NCBI GenBank assembly: GCA_021808485.1
Contig: JAKBBN010000005.1
Coordinates: 5,571 to 69,570, forward strand
Direction of reading: 5' to 3'
Length of the DNA: 64,000 bases
Source: Planctomycetota bacterium
GTDB taxonomy: Bacteria; Planctomycetota; Phycisphaerae; WQYP01
The position numbers and the translations under genes were made by a program. Under the pieces are notes generated by a model, which saw only the letters and a list, made by a program, of their open reading frames with translations, was not told the origin of the DNA and did not search any database. Of this stretch, positions 58,568 through 64,000 are shown one piece after another. Position 1 is the first letter of the stretch, and each line of letters starts with the position of its first letter.

Positions 58568-59272
58568 TTGGGAGATTGCTTGCCTATGATCCGCCCCGTG
58601 CACAATCCCGCAGGCCGCCAGTCTACGCAAATGCAGCATAAGGACTTAGCCGACGCCCGGGCCGATGCCGGCTTCGCCTTTCCCTCGCCCTTGCCGCCGA
58701 TCGATCACGATCCGCGCATCACCATCGTCTCCGGTCTGCCAAGATCGGGTACTTCGCTGATGATGCAAATGCTCTCTGCCGGCGGAATGACGGTGCTTAC
58801 CGATGGCTGCCGCACTGCGGATATTTCCAATCCGGCTGGCTATTTTGAGCTTGAAGCCGTCAAGCAAACCCGCACCAACACGGCCTGGCTCACGCACGCC
58901 GCGGGCAGCGCGGTGAAAGTGATCTATCGCCTGCTTTACGATCTGCCTCTCAATCGGCGTTACCGGATACTGTTCATGCGGCGCAATATCGGCGAAGTGA
59001 TTGCATCACAGAGGGCCATGCTCGGGCTATTATCGGAAAATGCCGATGGGAGCCGGCGCCTTGCGGACATCTTCACTAGGGAACTTGCTCAAATTGATGC
59101 ATGGCTGGCCGCGAAAGCGCAGTTTCAAGTGCTTCATGTTGACCATGCCCAGGTGCTGGCCTCGCCCCATGCCACAGCCGAAGCTGTCGCCGCATTTCTT
59201 GATCGGCGGCTGGACCTCAACCTTATGTGCCAGGCCGTAAAACCGGCTCTTTACCGGCAAAAATGCCGCTGA
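58568..59272 (+). CDS. Sulfotransferase-family protein
   Basis: IVSGLPRSGTSLMMQML 5'-PSB (PAPS-binding) loop of sulfotransferases; ~230 aa. Confidence 0.65.
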   Translation: MGDCLPMIRPVHNPAGRQSTQMQHKDLADARADAGFAFPSPLPPIDHDPRITIVSGLPRSGTSLMMQMLSAGGMTVLTDGCRTADISNPAGYFELEAVKQTRTNTAWLTHAAGSAVKVIYRLLYDLPLNRRYRILFMRRNIGEVIASQRAMLGLLSENADGSRRLADIFTRELAQIDAWLAAKAQFQVLHVDHAQVLASPHATAEAVAAFLDRRLDLNLMCQAVKPALYRQKCR

Positions 59273-59376
59273 ATGATTTGTTTTCGCAATTCAGCTTCGT
59301 CCGTTGAGTTCGGGCAAAGCGTTCGAACGGATGAATCCTCCAAGCCGCCGATTGAATTCCCGTGACACGGGAAAGC

Positions 59377-60537
59377 CTAATTCTCTCCGCCCGCAAGCCG
59401 GCACATTCCGATGTGGCCGCCAAAGCCCTGCGCAATGATGATCGAATCCCCGTAATCCGGTAGTGGATCACCCGTCAGTGTACGGCCGACCCGGTGACAC
59501 TCCGCGGAAAGTGCCAGGCTCACCAGGCCGGACGCCCCCAAGCTGTGCCCCAGCCATTGTTTATGCGAAAAAATCGGAATTTGGCCGAACGCCCTTCGGA
59601 TTGCGGCTGATTCCACGGCGTCATGTTGCGTTCCAGCCGCATGGGCGTGCACAAATGAAATCCGGCTCAGGTCGGATGCGTTAACGCATCGCAACGCGTT
59701 AATTCCGTTCGTCAGGCGGCTGCCGCAGGGGTCAGCACCCACCATATGCAGCCCTTCTGCTCCCAGCCATGTGGCCTCAATCATCGGATGTTTTTTGTGT
59801 GCGGCGATCGGTTCATCCGTGCTCAGCAGCACCGCCGCGCCCGCTTGCGATACCACAAATCCACCGGCGCCGCCGGTTAGTGGTCGGCACCGGCGATGGC
59901 CGTCCGGTTCGCGGGCCGCCAGTACGCCCAAATTGTCATAGCATCCCGTAAACAGTGCATGCAGTGATGAGTCCGCTGCCAGTACAACGGCCCGCCGGCA
60001 ATCTCCGGAATCCAGTGCTTTAACCGCGCGGTGCAGCGCCGCCATACCGCCCGCACAGGCTGCTACTGTAGTATGGATAGACCCGCGGCAACCCAGAAAC
60101 GCACCTGCCGCCGTGCCCAGGGCGCCCGTGCCCAGGGCAACGTGCCACGCCTGCTCCAAGGTCAGCCCCGGCGCCCCGGATTGTCTCATGGTGTCCAATG
60201 CCGATAGCCAGCTAATCGCCGGACCTTTGCTCGTGGCCGTGAAAATGCCTGTGTCTTCTGCGGAAAGTGACTCCATCGGCCATGCGGCGCTATCGCATGC
60301 TTCAAAAAGGGCCGCGAGTCCCAGTTGTATGCTTCGATCCAGTTGCTCCGGCATGCCGCGACCGATACTCCGGGCCGCAATTTGCCGTATCATCGGTTCC
60401 AGAAAACTCTCCGGCACCTCGCCCGCATCCAGAACCCGTCCCCCCGCCATGATGCCGGCAAAAGTCTCGGGCAGCGTGCGGCCCAGCGGCGTGATCAGCC
60501 CCGTACCGTGGATATAAACAGGTGACCGCACCACCAC
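59377..60537 (-). CDS. Beta-ketoacyl-ACP synthase family protein (FabB/FabF-like, short)
   Basis: Active-site Cys TVAACAGG, His HAHAAGT, GHSLGASG; 386 aa, shorter than canonical FabF; immediately downstream of bioB on the same strand. Confidence 0.75.
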   Translation of the reverse strand: MVVRSPVYIHGTGLITPLGRTLPETFAGIMAGGRVLDAGEVPESFLEPMIRQIAARSIGRGMPEQLDRSIQLGLAALFEACDSAAWPMESLSAEDTGIFTATSKGPAISWLSALDTMRQSGAPGLTLEQAWHVALGTGALGTAAGAFLGCRGSIHTTVAACAGGMAALHRAVKALDSGDCRRAVVLAADSSLHALFTGCYDNLGVLAAREPDGHRRCRPLTGGAGGFVVSQAGAAVLLSTDEPIAAHKKHPMIEATWLGAEGLHMVGADPCGSRLTNGINALRCVNASDLSRISFVHAHAAGTQHDAVESAAIRRAFGQIPIFSHKQWLGHSLGASGLVSLALSAECHRVGRTLTGDPLPDYGDSIIIAQGFGGHIGMCRLAGGEN

Positions 60538-60603
60538 CGCCTCTACAACTTGGCAGGATTGCAGCGACTGCTTATCTGCGACAGCATACTTGCCGAATGA
60601 AAA

Positions 60604-61773
60604 TCAATTGCGGGCACTGATCAATTCCTGATCCACCGCAACTTCGGCTTCATGCAGAATTGGAATATTGAATTTGCCGGTATGGCTGACGCGCGAAAGC
60701 AACGGCTTTGCCGCAGCCGGTTGCACCGGACCCTGTTCGTACGACTGCCAGTCAAGTCCCAAGTCGCGTACCATTTGATGGTCCAACTCCGGACTCCTGC
60801 CGTAAGTGGTCAAATAATTTCCGATCATGGTGCTGTCCGCCCCGGCAAAAAATATCCAGCTTTGCAGATCGCGCAGGCACACTTCGCGTCCGCCGGCAAC
60901 CTTAAGCTCCACGGTTGGATAAATAAACCGGCAAATGCTGATGATTTTCAGACATTCCATCGGCGGCAGCTTCGGCTGATTCTCCAGCGGTGTGCCGGGT
61001 ATTGCATTCAGGAAATTTACCGGCATGACATCCACCCCGATGTCGCGCAGCGCAAAAATCATATCCAGCCGGTCAGACCACTTTTCCCCCATGCCGAAAA
61101 TTCCGCCGGAACAAAGCGATAGACCGGCCGCTTTGGCCACGCGCAGGGTATTAAGCCGCTCGGAATAGGGGTGGGTAGATACGATTTCCGGATAAAAATT
61201 TTCGCTTGTTTCCAGGTTGTGATTCACCCGGCGAACACCGTTGTCGTACAAAAACTGCGCCGTCTCCGGCGTCAATGCCCCTAGGGTGGCGCAGGCGCGG
61301 GTCTTGCCCTCCGTCGCAATTTTCTGCAGCATAGGGCCCAGCCAGTTTTCCAGCTCGTTGCGTGTCGGCCCGCGGCCGGAATTAACAATTCCGAAGCTGT
61401 CCGCTCCCACCGCGCCGGCGTGCAGGGCCGAATCTATTACCTGCTGATCGGTTAATTTATTTTGACCAGCTATCGCCGTCTGGTAATGTGATGATTGTGC
61501 ACAAAACTTGCAATCTTCGGAGCATCCTCCCACCTTCGCCGCCACGATGGCGCAAAAGCGGATATTGCGTCCCTTAAAATGAATGCGAATCTTGTTCGCC
61601 CAATAAAAAAGGTCATAAACATCGTCGCTCGAAACGGCGGTCAGGGCCGCGGCATCGACGCGGCTGATGAGTTCGCCGCCAATAACTTTCTCCGCCAAAT
61701 TGCGAACTGATTCCAGCAACTGAATTATCCTTTCCAGAAAATTACCCAACTCCCGACCGCCTTTATCCACCAA
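60604..61773 (-). CDS. bioB: Biotin synthase (radical SAM), with N- and C-terminal extensions
   Basis: CSEDCKFCAQSS radical-SAM cluster, VNHNLETS, CSGGIFGMGE blocks align with BioB; ~389 aa. Confidence 0.8.
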   Translation of the reverse strand: MVDKGGRELGNFLERIIQLLESVRNLAEKVIGGELISRVDAAALTAVSSDDVYDLFYWANKIRIHFKGRNIRFCAIVAAKVGGCSEDCKFCAQSSHYQTAIAGQNKLTDQQVIDSALHAGAVGADSFGIVNSGRGPTRNELENWLGPMLQKIATEGKTRACATLGALTPETAQFLYDNGVRRVNHNLETSENFYPEIVSTHPYSERLNTLRVAKAAGLSLCSGGIFGMGEKWSDRLDMIFALRDIGVDVMPVNFLNAIPGTPLENQPKLPPMECLKIISICRFIYPTVELKVAGGREVCLRDLQSWIFFAGADSTMIGNYLTTYGRSPELDHQMVRDLGLDWQSYEQGPVQPAAAKPLLSRVSHTGKFNIPILHEAEVAVDQELISARN

Positions 61774-61846
61774 TTAAACCGCCAACGGCGATAAACCGGC
61801 GAGGCATCGATCAGCGAATTGGGGCCGCGACAGCCGATCGCGATAA

Positions 61847-62134
61847 TCAGCGAAGCCGCGGTCTGCCGAAGGCGCGATTAAGGTTTTCCACGCTCACCGG
61901 TACCAGTCGCGTGCCGTTGAGGCTGTAAACCAGCATCAGGCCGTCACGGTTATCAATCACATTCAGGATTTCCACATTGCCGAAAGTAATACTGGATGTC
62001 AGCAATGTAATATCTGAACCGGTGGAAAGAACATCGCCATATGCCGGCTTCCGGGCGCTTTGATTAAGCACCAACAGGGCCAGTATCAGGGCGGTTACCG
62101 TAAGAAAGCCGATCATCAGATTCGAGCGTTTCAT
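61847..62134 (-). CDS. Small membrane-anchored/secreted hypothetical protein (paralog of next gene)
   Basis: N-terminal TM/signal MIGFLTVTALILALLVL then ~70 aa domain (GLMLVYSLNGTRLV) similar to the downstream 62202..62507 product. Confidence 0.45.
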   Translation of the reverse strand: MKRSNLMIGFLTVTALILALLVLNQSARKPAYGDVLSTGSDITLLTSSITFGNVEILNVIDNRDGLMLVYSLNGTRLVPVSVENLNRAFGRPRLR

Positions 62135-62201
62135 GGGGTGTTACTCCATGGGGTAAGGTCAAAAAATCTAAAAAACGGTGCGGAAAAACGCGGCCTGAAG
62201 A

Positions 62202-62507
62202 TCAGCGCATTCGTCGCTTGATCCGCTTTATATCCTGACTGATGCTGCGCGGCACAATTGGCACCGGATTGCGTGGATTGGCCTGCTGGAATATGTAGCC
62301 GCCCATCACGCCTGTATCCACGTTGTACAGGTAAACTACCCCACCCTGCTGTGACGTTCCGGATACTGCCATGTAATGTCCTCCCCGCAACGCCTGCGCC
62401 TGAGCCTGAGCCGTCGGCGTTAAACTCATACGCCCTGCGCAAAACGCGACGATCAGTGCGGCGTTCAGCCCGACCAGACCGCCAACCAACCAGTTTCTGG
62501 CATTCAT
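62202..62507 (-). CDS. Small membrane-anchored/secreted hypothetical protein (paralog of previous gene)
   Basis: N-terminal TM LVGGLVGLNAALIVAFCAG; GGVVYLYNVDTGVMGGYIF block parallels upstream paralog; internal ATG start (MNARNW). Confidence 0.4.
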   Translation of the reverse strand: MNARNWLVGGLVGLNAALIVAFCAGRMSLTPTAQAQAQALRGGHYMAVSGTSQQGGVVYLYNVDTGVMGGYIFQQANPRNPVPIVPRSISQDIKRIKRRMR

Positions 62508-62618
62508 GGCAATACTCCAAAAGGCCACAGTAAACACTAAAGAAGGGCCGGATTCATCCGCCCCCAGTGAAAACCTGTTCTCGTTCCATCCCGTCGGTGG
62601 TTTGCGGCGCCGGACCGC

Positions 62619-62909
62619 TTATTTTTCACGTCCGCCGCCCCGTGTCCCACGGTGCGCACTGCGAAACGTAGCCACTGTCACTCCCGTCAATGCCAACCCG
62701 GCAATGATATAAGTAACCGCCGGACTTGTATGCTCCGTCAACTTCGGAATATACGCCGGAATCTGCTTTGACTTTAATTGTGCCTGAACCGGCGTGATAT
62801 TGCCCGCCAACAGGCTTGCCAAAGTGACACACCCGCCGACGACAATCGGTTTGGCCAATGCCCGCCCGCCTATGCCGCCCGCACGCTTTAACCATGTACG
62901 CGTTTTCAT
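62619..62909 (-). CDS. Small hypothetical membrane protein
   Basis: MKTRTWLKRAGG...IVVGGCVTLASLLAGNITPVQAQL signal-like N-terminus plus second hydrophobic segment; same strand as bioB operon. Confidence 0.35.
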   Translation of the reverse strand: MKTRTWLKRAGGIGGRALAKPIVVGGCVTLASLLAGNITPVQAQLKSKQIPAYIPKLTEHTSPAVTYIIAGLALTGVTVATFRSAHRGTRGGGREK

Positions 62910-63029
62910 TCTAAAGATGATAAACCGTGGCGCGGGTAAGTCAATGGCCAAAAAAGGCTGTTCGCTTTCTCCGCATGCCGGCAGAGGCCCGCAGGCATGC
63001 CGCCGGTATCATCTCCGGCCGCGACTTGG

Positions 63030-63959
63030 TCAGTAGGCAGCCTGAACTTTCGCCACCCCAGGCGCCGTCGAACTTTCCGTCGCACCCGGAAAGACGGCCC
63101 GCTGCGGTTTGCACCGATGCAACACCACCTCGCCCCGCTGCACCGTCAGATATGTTGAAGGTATTTCCGTCCAGCAACCGCTGTTAAAATACGAAACTTC
63201 ATCGCCGGGCATTTCCACCGCATGGTGCGTATGCCCGCACAGTACCACGTCACATGCAAGTTTTTGACCGTACGCGATTGATTTTCTCTGGACTTTGTCA
63301 ATGCAGTGGAGGAAAGTTTTGGATCGCGCTTTGGCCAGCCGCGCCACGTAATGCCTTCGGTCCACTTTTTGCAAAATATTGTAAATAACATCCCCCATCC
63401 AGGTCAGAATCGGATGGTGGTCGATAAAATCATCAAACCGGTGGCCGTGAAGCACCAGAATCCGCCGGTCCCCGCTGCGGAAAATAAACTCATCGCGCAC
63501 ATCCACGCCCAGAAGGTGCGATACAATTTCCGCCGGGCCGTCGTGATTGCCGCACGTCCAGATCACCTCCAGTTTATCGGATAAATGTCGGATCATGGAA
63601 AGCACTTTCCAATGCGTTTTCCGCAATCGGCGAAAATCGATGGAATCAAACATATCGCCGTTGATGATCAAACGCCGCGACTGCAGCCGGCCCTCCAATA
63701 TGTCCTCCAAAAAAGCGGTAAGAGTCTTTGCTTGGCAGTTATCACAGCCAAGGTGAATATCCGATATCACCACCGCATCCAGCATTTCGTCATTGCGAAA
63801 TAGCTCGTCATCAGCCGGCGGTGTCTCGTTTCGCACGCCCTCGCGACCGCAATGTTCATCAATTGACCGGATTTTTCGCCGCGGCTGCGGACCAAATCGC
63901 TCTGTATCAATCAGCCCGCCGGTGGATTTGTTAATAATGTCTGGTGTACCTTCCTTCAT
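63030..63959 (-). CDS. Calcineurin-like metallophosphoesterase, LpxH-like (UDP-2,3-diacylglucosamine hydrolase family architecture)
   Basis: VVISDIHLG, INGDMFD, CGNHD, LHGH, GHTH metal-binding blocks in LpxH order; possible alternative start at MLDAVVISD (63785) removing a 58-aa N-terminal extension. Confidence 0.65.
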   Translation of the reverse strand: MKEGTPDIINKSTGGLIDTERFGPQPRRKIRSIDEHCGREGVRNETPPADDELFRNDEMLDAVVISDIHLGCDNCQAKTLTAFLEDILEGRLQSRRLIINGDMFDSIDFRRLRKTHWKVLSMIRHLSDKLEVIWTCGNHDGPAEIVSHLLGVDVRDEFIFRSGDRRILVLHGHRFDDFIDHHPILTWMGDVIYNILQKVDRRHYVARLAKARSKTFLHCIDKVQRKSIAYGQKLACDVVLCGHTHHAVEMPGDEVSYFNSGCWTEIPSTYLTVQRGEVVLHRCKPQRAVFPGATESSTAPGVAKVQAAY

Positions 63960-64000
63960 AACCCGCCATCCTCACCGGCTATTGTGTGAAAGCGGGCAGT

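Noticed and set aside
1-64000. CRISPR arrays, integrases, transposases, phage or plasmid genes
   Set aside because: No regularly spaced direct repeats and no recombinase or transposase motifs were seen in any frame. The accessory regions are enzyme and surface-protein islands, not obvious mobile elements.

Overview
This 64 kb window is high-GC bacterial chromosome. PEP-CTERM proteins, several twin-arginine (TAT) signal peptides on glycosidases, and a triplet of microcompartment vertex genes suggest the PVC superphylum (Verrucomicrobiota, Lentisphaerota or Kiritimatiellota); this is an inference, no search was run. Most of the window is housekeeping, and gene order is largely conserved. Recognisable core genes are tonB, rarA, zwf, prfA, rpmE, a CAU-anticodon tRNA, tsf-pyrH-frr, yacG, rsmB, hisG, the nusA-infB-ylxP-rbfA operon, the rpmF-plsX-fabH-fabD-fabG-acpP-fabF lipid cluster, typA, gatA, metG, ispG and ffh. 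Accessory content sits in three places.

- About 13-24 kb: a TAT-secreted GH116-like glycosidase, a KamA-family radical-SAM enzyme, a GT39/ArnT-like membrane glycosyltransferase, a YbbA/YbbP-like ABC pair, and three tandem divergent EutN/CcmL/PduN vertex (BMC-P) genes. No hexameric BMC shell or core enzyme genes are in the window. This looks like the satellite BMC-P triplet of a PVM-type microcompartment.
- About 49.8-56.3 kb: a TAT-secreted glycan-degradation cluster with a GH2 beta-mannosidase, a secreted hypothetical protein and an alkaline-phosphatase-family/TPR protein.
- About 56.6-64 kb: a PEP-CTERM island with a phosphoesterase and a second PEP-CTERM protein, plus a sulfotransferase. 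It is followed on the minus strand by an LpxH-like phosphoesterase, three small membrane proteins, bioB and a FabF-like ketosynthase.

Other oddities: an HhH-like, lysine-rich protein occupies the usual truB position after rbfA; rimP is absent; a ~0.9 kb intergenic region between nusA and rpmF may hold an ncRNA; a 16-nt motif recurs in intergenic regions. No CRISPR array, integrase or transposase was seen.
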